A stretch of 64,000 bases of DNA from NCBI GenBank assembly GCA_963805625.1, contig CAWDVE010000012.1, forward strand, positions 64,001 through 128,000, read 5' to 3'. Shown here piece after piece: positions 1-9,601 of the stretch. Origin of the DNA: an uncultured Candidatus Rokubacteria bacterium (lineage in GTDB: Bacteria; Methylomirabilota; Methylomirabilia; Rokubacteriales; DASRDR01). The position numbers were made by a program, and so were the translations under genes. Numbering within the stretch: position 1 is the first letter of the stretch; every line of letters starts with the position of its first letter. Under the pieces are notes generated by a model. That model worked only from the letters and a program-made list of their open reading frames with translations. It made no database searches and was not told the DNA's origin.

Positions 1-960
1 GTGGCCGATGGCCTCACCCTCGCCGCGCTCGTCCGCCTCATGCGACGCGTGCGCCCGCACGTGGTCCACACGCACACCGCCAAGGCCGGGACGCTGGGCC
101 GCCTGGCGGCCCGCCTCGCGTGCGTCCCCGTCGTCGTGCACACCTATCACGGGCACGTCTTCCACGGATACTTCTCCCCGGCCCGGGCGCGGATCTTCCT
201 CGGAGTGGAGCGGATGCTGGCCAGGTGGACCGACTGCCTGCTCGCGGTCAGCGAGACGGTGCGCCGGGAGCTCCTGGCCCTCGGCGTAGGCTCGCCGGCC
301 CGGTTCCGCGTGGTGCCGCTCGGCCTCGACCTCGATCGCTACCGGGGGGCGGACGCCGCGCGGGGGAGCCTGCGGGGCGAGCTCGGCCTGCCGCCCGAGG
401 CCCCGGTGGTGACGATCGTCGCCCGGCTGGTCCCCATTAAGGCGCACGAGGTGTTCCTGGAGGCCGCGCGGCGGGTCCACCAGGCGCTGCCCGCGAGCCG
501 GTTCCTGATCGTCGGGGACGGGGAGCGGCGCGCGGCGCTCGAGGCGCTCGCGGCCGACCTCGGGCTCGGCACGAGCGTCCGCTTCCTGGGCTGGCGCCGG
601 GACCTCGAGCGCGTCTACGCGGACGCCACGGTGGTCGCGTTGACCTCGCGCAACGAGGGCTCTCCCGTCTCGCTCATCGAAGCGATGGCGGCGGGGCGCC
701 CGATCGTGGCCGCCCGTGTCGGCGGAGTGCCCGACCTCGTCGAGGACGGCGTGACCGGGTGCCTCGTGCCGCCTGACGACCCCGGCGCGCTGGCGGCGGC
801 ATTGGTCACCCTGCTGCAGAACCCCGAGCGCCGCCGGACGCTCGGCCTGGCCGCGCGCGAGCGCGTGGTCCCAGCCTTCGCCGCGGAGCGGCTGGTCGCC
901 GACGTGGACGCACTCTACGCCGAGCTCCTGGGCGCCAAGGGCGTCACGGTGCCGTCGTGA
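1..960 (+). CDS. Glycosyltransferase family 4 (GT-B), possibly 5'-truncated by the window edge
   Basis: VVHTHTAKAG, HTYHGHVF, IVARLVPIKAH and SRNEGSPVSLIEAMAAGRPIVA motifs typical of GT4. Confidence 0.92.
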   Translation: MADGLTLAALVRLMRRVRPHVVHTHTAKAGTLGRLAARLACVPVVVHTYHGHVFHGYFSPARARIFLGVERMLARWTDCLLAVSETVRRELLALGVGSPARFRVVPLGLDLDRYRGADAARGSLRGELGLPPEAPVVTIVARLVPIKAHEVFLEAARRVHQALPASRFLIVGDGERRAALEALAADLGLGTSVRFLGWRRDLERVYADATVVALTSRNEGSPVSLIEAMAAGRPIVAARVGGVPDLVEDGVTGCLVPPDDPGALAAALVTLLQNPERRRTLGLAARERVVPAFAAERLVADVDALYAELLGAKGVTVPS

Positions 961-1529
961 GCGGGCTGGGGCGTTCCTGGTTCCTGGCATCGTTTCGACG
1001 CCACCCTCGTCTGCGAGCGCGGCGCGACGCGGGCCGGGCTCCTGAAGCACCCGCGCGAGGATCGCTGGCACCGGCGCCTCGAGCCGACCCCAGGCGGCGT
1101 CGCCATGATGGCGACGATCCGGCGCTCGCCTCGCCGGGCGCGCCCCGGATCGATTCCTGCCCCTGATCCTGGCCGCGCTCGCGATGGGTCTCGTAGGCCC
1201 AGTCGACGACCCGCGCCCCGTGCGTGGGGATCACCAACGCCTTCTACTGGACAAGATGGATGGGCTTCCCGCCGGCACAGCCGCGATCACCGGTCGCCGT
1301 CCTCTACGTCTTCCGCTGCGCGCCGGACCGCGAGGGCTGGTCGGCTCACCGGGCACCGGATCTGTTGAGGTCGTCGCGCTGCTGACGGTGGCCGCCGGGG
1401 CCTTCGGGACGGTGGCCTTCGTCCGGAAACTCGAAGGCGACGCCCAGGCTCCGACATCGGCGGGCGGGGCCGGCACCGGCGGATCGCGAGCCCGGATCTC
1501 CACGCGGTCGCAAGCTTCACCCCGGGTGC
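957..1529 (+). pseudogene. Degraded WecA/MraY-family (Glycos_transf_4) polyprenyl-phosphate sugar-1-P transferase
   Basis: Fragments in different frames: GLLKHPREDRWHRR..PTPGGVAM, MGLVGPVDD, GITNAF/LLDKMDGL.AGTAAI. Multiple frameshifts and deletions, ending at the IS630 insertion. Confidence 0.65.
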
Positions 1530-1532
1530 TAA

Positions 1533-2803
1533 GTACACCGAATCATGAATTCGTTCCGGGTTTTAGCCGGTAGCCGCCAGCCTCCGCTGACGGCGGACTT
1601 TCGCCAGCAGCTTCTGGGCCGTGTAGGTCCACTGGATCGGCTGAGCTCGGCGGTTGCGCTCGGCGAAGAAGGCCCGAATGCGCTGACGCACGTGAGTGGT
1701 GCTGTCAAAGTCGTTCGGCGTGAGCGCTTTCCGTTGCAGCTCGCTGAACACGATCTCGATCTGGTCGAGCCAGGACGCGTGGACGGGCAACCAGTGGAGG
1801 TGGACGGGGAAGGGCAGGTCGAGCGTCGTGATCCAGGTCGGCAGGCGCTTCGGGGCATGGGTGGAGCCGTTGTCCAGGATCAGGTGGAGGCTGCGGATCC
1901 TCCGACACCAGACGCTCCCGAAGAGCATCCGCAGGAAGCTCTGGAACTCGACGAAGCGCTTGCGCTCAAAGCAGCGGGCCAGGGTTTCGCCGGTGTGCAC
2001 CAGCAGGCCGCCAAACAACTGCACCGCGCCCTGGCGCTGGTAGCGATCCGGCAGGTACATCGGGCGACCGGGGCGTGCCGGGGTCGTGCGCCCACAGGCC
2101 CGTCGGGCCTGGATCGACGTCTTTTCATCCGCGCAGACGATGAGGTGCCCCGTCCGGGCGAGCGCCTGGGCCCGCTCGTAGAGGGTCAGAATCGGGATGG
2201 CCCGTTCGAGGAAGTGCGGATCGGTGGGGCGTTGCCAGCTGTGGTATTGCCACGGCTTGATGCGCTCGGCCTGGAGCCAGCGCTGGATGGTAACGCCTGA
2301 GATGCGCCGGACAATGCCGCGCTGGACGACCGTGCGGGCGAGTTCGGTAGCCGACCAGCGGGAGAGTGGCTTACCGGAATCCCGCGGCAGCGTGCAGGCC
2401 AACGCGGTGACCTGCGCTCGAACCGCTGAGGGGGAAAAAGCGTGGTCCCCCGGGCCGGGGCGCGTCCTGCAGGGCCGGCCCCGCCCGGCTGCGCCCTCGC
2501 CACTTGCGCACCGTCCGATCCGTGCACCCCACGGCTCGGGCAATGGCCGCGTTGCTCCAGTCCGGGTGCTCATAGGCCAGGAGCAGAATCTTCGCCCGCA
2601 CCACTGCCGCATAGGGAGCGGTGCGCCGACGGGTGAGGCGTTGGAGTTCCCGGTACTCCGGCGCCGTCAGAGCCACCTTGTGTCGCGGCTTCGGTCCACG
2701 GCGCGCCACGATGCGCCGTCCCCCCGCACCCATCGAACACACGATAGCGCGCGGGCATCCGGAACCCCAAGGAAACCCGGAACGAATTCATGATTCGGTG
2801 TAC
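1533..2803 (-). mobile_element. IS630-family insertion sequence, apparently intact
   Basis: Perfect 31-bp terminal inverted repeats (gtacaccgaatcatgaattcgttccgggttt at 1533-1563; reverse complement at 2773-2803), flanked by TAA on both sides (1530-1532, 2804-2806). Confidence 0.93.
1563..2709 (-). CDS. IS630 transposase split over two frames (HTH orfA about 2709-2371 plus DDE orfB), probable programmed frameshift
   Basis: orfA: RAKILLLA..SNAAIARAVGCTDRTVRKWR. orfB: ADEKTSIQA, LILDNGSTH, LPVHASWLDQIE. Slippery TTTTTCCCCC on the minus strand near 2430-2439. Confidence 0.88.
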
Positions 2804-3029
2804 TAAGATCGCCGCATGACGCGCGCCCAGATGGCGATCCTGCAGACCGCGCTGGCGGCGACCCGTCGGCGGTCGCCCACCTCCGGCTGGCGCACGACCC
2901 CGGGCTCCGCGCCGCCGAGCCGCGCGAGATCGCGCCGCCCGGCGATGGCGTGAGCAACGTGGGCTTCCGCCGTCGGACGTCGCGACGGCGGGTCATCTGG
3001 GAAGATCGGCACAGCCCCAAGGGCCCGCC

Positions 3030-5480
3030 GTGCCCGCCCGCGCGCCTCCGGCTCCCCTCCCCGCTGGTCGCGTGGGCACCCTTCGCCGGAAACGTCCACC
3101 ACGACTGGCTCCGCTCCCCGACGGTCGGCCGGGCCCGCGTCCGAGGCTTCACGCGAACCGGGTGGGGCCGGCGCTTCGCCCGATCCTGACTCGCGACGCC
3201 GGGTCACCGCCTACCTCCGCCCCGCCTCCGACCCCTGGTGGCTCGGACCGCGAGGTCGCCGCCCCGGTTCTCGGTCTCCCGCGCCGTCGGCGCGGAGGGG
3301 CGCGGGCCGAGGCGACGGCGCTCCTCGCCCTCTACGGGTTGCTCCTCGTCGTCCCGTCGGCCAACTACCACCTCTTCGACGGCCTGCCTGCGAGCCGCGT
3401 GCCCGAATTCCTCGGGCTCGCCCTGCTCATCCCTTTGGTCGTCAGCCGGGCCCTCCGCCGCCTGTACGGCCGGCTCGTCGGCGGGTGGCCGGTGACGCGA
3501 CGTGCCCTCTTGGCGCTCGGCGCGGTCGCCCTCGCGGCGAAGGTCGTCCTGCTCGCCTCGGGGACTCATGCGGGCTTCCTGGCTTGCTACCGTTCGCCCA
3601 TCGCCGCGCCGCCCGCCGGACCCTGCGAGAAGTCATACGAGAACCCGTTCTCCCGCTTCGGCGTCACGCGGATCGACCGGCGTCTCGACTTCATCCCGGC
3701 CAACTGGGACCTGTCCTTCATCAACTCGCTGCGGTTCAACATCTATCACTGGGTCGCGGGCAACGTCGTCCGGGATCGTCTCCCCCTGGCCGCGACCTGG
3801 ACCGGGACGGTCGCGCGCTCGCGCGCCTGGACGGCCGAGGTACGCTACGTCGGCGCCGCCACCGTCCAGGTCGACTCGATGGAGCCGACGAGGCTCCGCC
3901 CCCGCTACGACACGCTGGCCGTCGCCCACGTGCCCATCCCCGCCGGCCGCCATCGCCTCGTCGTCACCTACGAGTTCGACGACGGCTCCCGAGTCGGCGA
4001 CGGGCACACGCGGGGCCCCTACGCCACCATTCGGCTGGCCCGGCTGAGCGAAGCGCCGGGCCCGGCGATGCCGGTGAGGCCGGTGCGACCGCCGCGGGCG
4101 TGGCGGTGGACCGGCGCGGCGGTCGACGCGGTCGTCGTCCTCCTCGCGGCGACGGTGGCCGGGGCGTGCGCCGTCGCTATGGCCCGCGAGGCGTGGATCC
4201 CGGCCGTCGTCGCGGTCGCGGCGGCCGGCAGCCACCTCTGGGACGGACGGCTGCCCGTCGTTCCGTCGCACTCGTGGTTCTTCCTCCTGCTCGCGCTCCT
4301 TTTCGCGCATCTCGCCCTGGGCGTCCGCCCGCAGCGGCTGCTGGGCGCCTACCTCGGCATCCTTGCGGCAGCCTTCTTCCTGGCGTGGCGGCGACTCGGC
4401 CGGTTGAACGTCGTCCAGTACCGGGCGGCCGGCGATGACTGGCTGACGTACGAGTCCTTCGCGCGGTCCATCCTCGAGACCTGGTCGCTCCGGGGCGCCG
4501 AGGACGTCTTCTACTACCAGCCACTCTTCCGCTACGTCCGCTTCGCCGAGCATTTCGTGCTGGGGGACGGCGATCCGTTCCTCCTGACGTGGGCGGTCGT
4601 GACGCTCACGTGGAGCCTATTCTGGCTCGGCGCGGTCGCGATCGGGCGGCGGCGCGCGTCGTTCCGGACCATCGTCCTCACCTTCGCCGGTCTGCTGCTG
4701 GTGCTGCTGGCGACCTCCCCGACGGTCCTCGACCTGGTGCACGCGGGAGTCTCCGAGTATCCAACCTGGATCGCGCTGCCCTTCTTACTGCCGATGCTCT
4801 TCGTGTCGTCCTCGACGAGGGCCTGGCTGCTGGGGGCGACCCTGCTGGGCCTCTCGCTCCTGACGAGAACGAACCAACTGCCGGCCGTCCTGGCGACGCT
4901 CGGGCTTTTCCTGTGGCGGGGCTGGCGGATCCGACCCCGCGCGGCCATCGCGGCCGGGCTCATGTTCGGCGCTGTCGCGCTGCTTCCCACGCTTCACAAC
5001 TACTACTACGGCGGTCGCCTGGTGCCGCTGACGACCAGCGCCGGGATCCCGGCGAATCTCGTGCTCCCGCCCGTGCGGTTGCTCGACGTCGCCCGCGACG
5101 CGGAGGTGCGGACGCGGCTCCGGACGCAGGTCGAGCGGATGCTGTACGTCGGTGGGTCCGACCGCGTCTTCGGGATGGCGGTCCGCGGGCTGCAGGTGCT
5201 GTGGGTGGTCACGGTCGGGGCGTGGGCGGTGACTGGCCGTGCGAGCTTGCCCCTCGCGCTACTGGTGGGCCTCCCCGTCTGCTACCTCGTTCCCCACGTC
5301 TTCTACCAAGCGACGCACGGCTATCCGCGGCACTTCCTCATTGGCTACCTCGCCATGGGGGCGGTCGTCCTCCTGGCCGAAGCGGGCTCGCGAGGCATTG
5401 CCCGGTCCGCGGCTCCGGCGATCGAATCGACGCCGCGAGAAGCGCCCATCATCCGGACGAGTCGGGGACCAATGGGCTGA
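3030..5480 (+). CDS. Large polytopic membrane protein, GT-C-like (start uncertain, probably downstream near 3250-3320)
   Basis: Many hydrophobic helices, a periplasmic loop, and a GDDWLTYESFARSIL motif resembling the GT-C acidic loop. Confidence 0.6.
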   Translation: MPARAPPAPLPAGRVGTLRRKRPPRLAPLPDGRPGPRPRLHANRVGPALRPILTRDAGSPPTSAPPPTPGGSDREVAAPVLGLPRRRRGGARAEATALLALYGLLLVVPSANYHLFDGLPASRVPEFLGLALLIPLVVSRALRRLYGRLVGGWPVTRRALLALGAVALAAKVVLLASGTHAGFLACYRSPIAAPPAGPCEKSYENPFSRFGVTRIDRRLDFIPANWDLSFINSLRFNIYHWVAGNVVRDRLPLAATWTGTVARSRAWTAEVRYVGAATVQVDSMEPTRLRPRYDTLAVAHVPIPAGRHRLVVTYEFDDGSRVGDGHTRGPYATIRLARLSEAPGPAMPVRPVRPPRAWRWTGAAVDAVVVLLAATVAGACAVAMAREAWIPAVVAVAAAGSHLWDGRLPVVPSHSWFFLLLALLFAHLALGVRPQRLLGAYLGILAAAFFLAWRRLGRLNVVQYRAAGDDWLTYESFARSILETWSLRGAEDVFYYQPLFRYVRFAEHFVLGDGDPFLLTWAVVTLTWSLFWLGAVAIGRRRASFRTIVLTFAGLLLVLLATSPTVLDLVHAGVSEYPTWIALPFLLPMLFVSSSTRAWLLGATLLGLSLLTRTNQLPAVLATLGLFLWRGWRIRPRAAIAAGLMFGAVALLPTLHNYYYGGRLVPLTTSAGIPANLVLPPVRLLDVARDAEVRTRLRTQVERMLYVGGSDRVFGMAVRGLQVLWVVTVGAWAVTGRASLPLALLVGLPVCYLVPHVFYQATHGYPRHFLIGYLAMGAVVLLAEAGSRGIARSAAPAIESTPREAPIIRTSRGPMG

Positions 5481-7452
5481 CCAGTCGTGCGAAGTAGGCG
5501 CTTTTCTCGACGACGTCCGCGTAGGACCCCGCCGCGGTGACCATGCCGTCTTCGAGGACGATGATCTGATCGCAACCGGCGATGGCGGAGGCCCGGTGCG
5601 TCACGGCGACGACGGTCCGCGGCTGATCGCGTCGGAGGGCCGCCCTGATCACCGTGGCCTCCCCATACGGATCCAGGGCGGAGGTCGCCTCGTCCAGGAC
5701 GAGGAGGCTGGGGTCGGAGTAGAGCGCCCGCGCCACGGCCAACCGCTGCCGCTGGCCGCCGCTCAGCGCCGACCCTCGCTCACCGAGCTGCGTGTGGAGC
5801 CCGCGCGGGAGCTGTTGGACCAGCTCCCAGAGCCCGACCTCCTCGAGCACGTGCTCGACACGGTCCTCGTCGATCGCGTCGGCGAAGAGCACGACGTTCC
5901 GGAGGATCGAGTCGTTGAAGATGTAGGGCTCCTGGGACACGACCCCGACGCCAGCCTGCCAGCCAGGTTCGAGTCCGCCCAGCGGCCGGCCGTCCAGTAG
6001 CACCTCGCCCGAAGTCGGCTCGAGCAATCCGACCAGGAGATCGACGAACGTGCTCTTCCCGGCACCGCTCGGCCCGACGATCCCCACGAAGCTGCCGGCC
6101 TCGATTCGGACCGTCACGTCACGCAGGGCCGGACGCTTCGACTCCTCGTACCAGGACGACACGCGCCAGAACTCGATGGCGACGTTCAGCACGGGAGGCC
6201 TCTTCGCCGGGCCGGTGCCGCCAGTGTATCGAGGACCGGCGGCGCCTCGAACGGGGACGTCCTGCAGCACCTGGTCGACGAACGGGAGACCGGCGCGAAC
6301 ATTCGCGAGATTGGTCGCGCTCCGGCCCGCCAGGGGCAACAGCCGGACGAGCGCGTACGCGAAGAGTCCGAGCATCGTCAGGACACGAGGCGTGTCGTAT
6401 TCCAGGCCGATCGTGAAGATGATGAGACTCGCGACTAGTATCATCGTGACACCCTCGATCACGATGCGCGGCAGGTCGACGAGGATCGCCCGATAACGGT
6501 TGGCGGCGGCCACCTTGGCGCGCTCCTCCCGGTGGCTGGACACCACGGGCGCCTCATGGTGGCGGAGGGTGATCTCGCGGCGTCCCTGCAGGACCTGATC
6601 CACGAACAGGTTCGCCGAGCGATCGTGCCGCTCGATGAGCGCGGTCGCTTCGTGGAGACGCGGGTTGACCGCCCTGACCAGCACGACGATCACGCCGGCC
6701 ACGAACGCCGCGGCGGCCAGCGTCCCCCACGGCGAGGCCACCACCATGACCGAGAGGATCGATGCGATGACGGCCGCGTCCGTAAGGAACTGGACGCCGG
6801 GCCGGAACACCTGCCACGCGACGAGCGTGGCGAGCTGCGAGACCCGCCGCTGGAGGTCCGCGACGCGGCGCTGCCTGAACCTGGCATACGGCATGCTCAC
6901 GTAGGCCCAGAGGAGGGCTTCGCCGATGACGATACCGGTCTCGACCGTCGCCGAGGAGGCGGCCGCCGTCAGCGCGAGAGTCAGGGCGGCCCGGAGCAGG
7001 AAGACGGCGACGACCACGGCCGTCACCAGAGCGGCCGTCGACGCCCCCACGAGGAGGAGCGGCGCTTCCGTCGCCCACGGCAGCAACGCCCGGGAGCCGG
7101 ACCCGGCCGACTGCGTCGCCAGCCGGATCACGTTGAGGAAGAGCGCGGTCGTGGCCAGCTCCGCCAGGGAGCAGAGACCGGTGAGGACCATCAGAAGAAC
7201 CCATCGGCGACGGACACGGCGGGGCAGCAGCCTGTAGATGGCCCGCGCCCGCGCCCACACCGACGCGGACGTGACCGGATCGCCCGCGTCCACCCGTGGC
7301 ATCACGATCGGCGGCGCGACGCTCGACCGCTCAGGGAGCGCGCCGGGACACGACCCCACGAATGGCTCGTCGTGGGCGGCCCCATACTTTCGGTGCCCGC
7401 CGTCGGACCTCGGCCTCGAGGCCGCCCGGACATCGATGGCGGCCCGATCCAC
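5449..7452 (-). CDS. ABC exporter, fused permease/ATPase (alternative start 7302)
   Basis: TM domain, Walker A GPSGAGKST, signature LSGGQRQR, Walker B LLVLDEATSALD. Confidence 0.93.
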   Translation of the reverse strand: MDRAAIDVRAASRPRSDGGHRKYGAAHDEPFVGSCPGALPERSSVAPPIVMPRVDAGDPVTSASVWARARAIYRLLPRRVRRRWVLLMVLTGLCSLAELATTALFLNVIRLATQSAGSGSRALLPWATEAPLLLVGASTAALVTAVVVAVFLLRAALTLALTAAASSATVETGIVIGEALLWAYVSMPYARFRQRRVADLQRRVSQLATLVAWQVFRPGVQFLTDAAVIASILSVMVVASPWGTLAAAAFVAGVIVVLVRAVNPRLHEATALIERHDRSANLFVDQVLQGRREITLRHHEAPVVSSHREERAKVAAANRYRAILVDLPRIVIEGVTMILVASLIIFTIGLEYDTPRVLTMLGLFAYALVRLLPLAGRSATNLANVRAGLPFVDQVLQDVPVRGAAGPRYTGGTGPAKRPPVLNVAIEFWRVSSWYEESKRPALRDVTVRIEAGSFVGIVGPSGAGKSTFVDLLVGLLEPTSGEVLLDGRPLGGLEPGWQAGVGVVSQEPYIFNDSILRNVVLFADAIDEDRVEHVLEEVGLWELVQQLPRGLHTQLGERGSALSGGQRQRLAVARALYSDPSLLVLDEATSALDPYGEATVIRAALRRDQPRTVVAVTHRASAIAGCDQIIVLEDGMVTAAGSYADVVEKSAYFARLVSPLVPDSSG

Positions 7453-7537
7453 GATCCACGCCGGCGCCCAGGAGCGCCGATGGGCCCGCTTTGGGCGTGG
7501 GCATCACCGGGTCGATGGCCTCGGCACGGCGGCGGGT

Positions 7538-8728
7538 TCAGTGATGATGGTGCTCGTACGCCCCCGCGGCGAGCCGGAAGAGGCGAAGGGGGTAGTGGAG
7601 GAATGACAGCGCGCGCGGCAGTCTCCGCGCTGCCCAGTCCTCGACCGTGAGGGTCGTCATCGCCAGCCAGCAGTACCGGACCCGATGGCGCCACCGCTCC
7701 CGGACGCGGAGCTGGAATCGGGCCTGCTCGAGGAGGCCGGAGGGGCGGCCGTCGTCCCGAAACAGCCGCGCCCGGACCGCGGCTGCCAGCGTAGGGACGA
7801 CGGCGTCCACCTCCGCCCGCCGCCGCACCGGCCCGGGCATCGGGGCGCCGAGCAGGTCCGCGGCCACTCGGAGCCCCAGCGCGAGCATCCGCTCGCTGGC
7901 AGCTTGCCGGGCCTCCGCCACCATTCGCGCCCAGTCGAGGCCGGGCCGGGCCCGCGTCAGCTCGGCGATGTCGCAGATCCAGATCAGGCGCTCCCACATG
8001 TGCTTGGCTCCGTGCTCGCAGAGGCTCGGCAGGAGGACCTCGGGCGCTAGCGTCGTGACGGTGGTGCCGGCAATCGTGACCGGCTCGAGCCGCTCCCAGA
8101 GTCGCTTGGGCTCGAGGAGCAGCGAGACGTGCCGCGGCGAGATCTCCCAGTGCAGCTCCACCATGGCCGATCGGTCGGGGCGCACCAGCGAGTAGGCGTG
8201 CTGGGACTCGACCAGCGCCTGCTCCTGGCTCTGGCTGAGCGCCACGTTCGGACGGAAGCCCTCGGCGACCAGGACGTCCTTCGCGCGTAGCACCTCCTGC
8301 TTGTTCACCAGGATGTCGAGATCGGAGAAGTCCCGGAGGCCGACGTGGCCGTAGGCCGTCATGGCCAGGGCCGGGCCGCGGTAGGGGATGGCCGGGATGC
8401 CCTCAGCGGTGAAGCGTTTCAGGATGGAGCAGAGCTGAAGGGCCAGGAAGAGGTTGCGGCGCTGGGTCTTCTCGAAGCTTTCCCTGAGGCGCTCGGGCAC
8501 CCCGGCGGGGAGCAGGCCGGGCTCCACCCCCTTGAGGTGCCAATGCACCAGTGGCAGCACCCCGTGCCATCGGGCCGTTCGGAGGATGTACTCCCAGTCG
8601 AGCTCCCGGTCGAGAAGCCCACGGAGGCGCTCGGCCGTCGGCGGGTCCATCCGCGTGCGCGCGCAGGCCAGCAGGAGCTCGCCCTCGGGACGGGAGCTGG
8701 TGGGTCCCGCCGGGGTGCCGGGTGACAC
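7538..8728 (-). CDS. Nucleotidyltransferase family protein (NTP_transf_5 type, commonly lasso-cluster associated)
   Basis: LDWEYILRTARWHGVLPL, YRGPALA..AYG..GLRDFSDLDILV, VELHW, HGAKHMWERLIWICDIA. Confidence 0.85.
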   Translation of the reverse strand: MSPGTPAGPTSSRPEGELLLACARTRMDPPTAERLRGLLDRELDWEYILRTARWHGVLPLVHWHLKGVEPGLLPAGVPERLRESFEKTQRRNLFLALQLCSILKRFTAEGIPAIPYRGPALAMTAYGHVGLRDFSDLDILVNKQEVLRAKDVLVAEGFRPNVALSQSQEQALVESQHAYSLVRPDRSAMVELHWEISPRHVSLLLEPKRLWERLEPVTIAGTTVTTLAPEVLLPSLCEHGAKHMWERLIWICDIAELTRARPGLDWARMVAEARQAASERMLALGLRVAADLLGAPMPGPVRRRAEVDAVVPTLAAAVRARLFRDDGRPSGLLEQARFQLRVRERWRHRVRYCWLAMTTLTVEDWAARRLPRALSFLHYPLRLFRLAAGAYEHHHH

Positions 8729-8964
8729 TATGGATTTCAGCCCTGAGCGCTCGCCTGGGTTTCGCGGTGGGTTGAACGACGAGCCCGGGTCGTCACCCCA
8801 GAATCCTACATCAGGGCGTCAGCCTGACCAAGACGCCGCCCATGTGTCGAGCCATCGCAGGGAGAGGCTGAGGTTCCTGGCCCCATTGCCGAGGACACCT
8901 CGACGCCGGGGTCCGGGTCCATCTGCCACCGAGGCACGAGAAAGGGGCGCCCAGAAAGTTCTTC

Positions 8965-8995
8965 TTGACACCCTCCGCGGTTCCACGCTAAAGGT
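8965..8995 (+). promoter_or_regulatory. Possible sigma70 promoter for the RRE/precursor operon
   Basis: Perfect TTGACA at 8965-8970; the -10 candidate TAAAGG 18 bp later is imperfect. Confidence 0.35.
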
Positions 8996-9017
8996 ATCTT
9001 CCAGCGTGAGGGAACTC

Positions 9018-9293
9018 ATGTCCAATGCGTTCGTCGCAGCAAGGGGGTTGGAAACGACCCCCCTTGAGGAAGGCGCCGTCCTGTTCCATCCAAAGCTCGG
9101 CAAGTTCGTCATGCTCAATCGATCGGCGGCCTTCCTTTGGAGCGAACTGGCGACGCCCAAGACGGAGGAGGAGCTGGCCCGTCGCTTCGCGGCCAACTTC
9201 ACCGATGCGGCGCCGGAGACGTCTCGGCAGGACGTGCGTGAGGCCCTGGCCAAGCTGCGGGAGTTGGAGCTCGTCTCCCCGGCTGAGGCCTAA
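9018..9293 (+). CDS. PqqD-family RiPP recognition element (RRE, lasso B1-like)
   Basis: 91 aa with RBS GAGGGA. LEEGAVLFHPKLGKFVMLNRSAAFLWSELATPKTEEELARRFAANF..RQDVREALAKLRELELV matches the PqqD winged-helix pattern. Confidence 0.9.
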   Translation: MSNAFVAARGLETTPLEEGAVLFHPKLGKFVMLNRSAAFLWSELATPKTEEELARRFAANFTDAAPETSRQDVREALAKLRELELVSPAEA

Positions 9294-9319
9294 CACAACC
9301 AACCCGGGGAGGCCAACAG

Positions 9320-9466
9320 ATGGATCAGCAGGCGACGGCGCGGTACGAGCGGCCCTCGATCACAGTGATGGACGAAGAGGAGCTGCTGAAGGTCTTCCAG
9401 ATGACGGCAGCGGAGATCAGCGTGGCGTCCTGCTGGTGGAACGCCTGCCCGACCGGTTGCCCGTAA
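9320..9466 (+). CDS. Putative RiPP precursor peptide, 48 aa: MDQQATARYERPSITVMDEEELLKVFQMTAAEISVASCWWNACPTGCP
   Basis: Translated by hand (below the ORF track cutoff). Strong RBS GGGGAGG at 9306-9312, YxxPx(I/L) RRE-binding leader motif, Cys/Trp-rich C-terminus, directly after the RRE gene. Confidence 0.88.
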   Translation: MDQQATARYERPSITVMDEEELLKVFQMTAAEISVASCWWNACPTGCP

Positions 9467-9492
9467 CGCCCACATCCTCGATCGTTCGAGCT

Positions 9493-9531
9493 CACGGCCT
9501 CGGTGCTCCGGCAACGGACGCCGAGGCCGTG
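9493..9531 (+). terminator. Stem-loop after the precursor gene (attenuator or mRNA stabiliser)
   Basis: cacggcctcggtg-c-tccg-GCAA-cgga-cgccgaggccgtg: long stem with one G-U pair and a GNRA tetraloop; weak U tract. Confidence 0.7.
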
Positions 9532-9601
9532 TGTTGATGAGCGCCTTCTTGCGAATCCTGGGCGTCGCGGCCTGCGACTGACGCGAAGCGGGGGACAAGG
9601 A

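Noticed and set aside
9018-9293. PQQ biosynthesis operon
   Set aside because: No pqqB/C/E, and the peptide lacks the PqqA ExxxY core.
9320-9466. Calling the cluster a canonical lasso peptide BGC
   Set aside because: No Asp/Glu at core positions 7-9 after any plausible Thr(-2), and no B2 transglutaminase-like protease was recognised.
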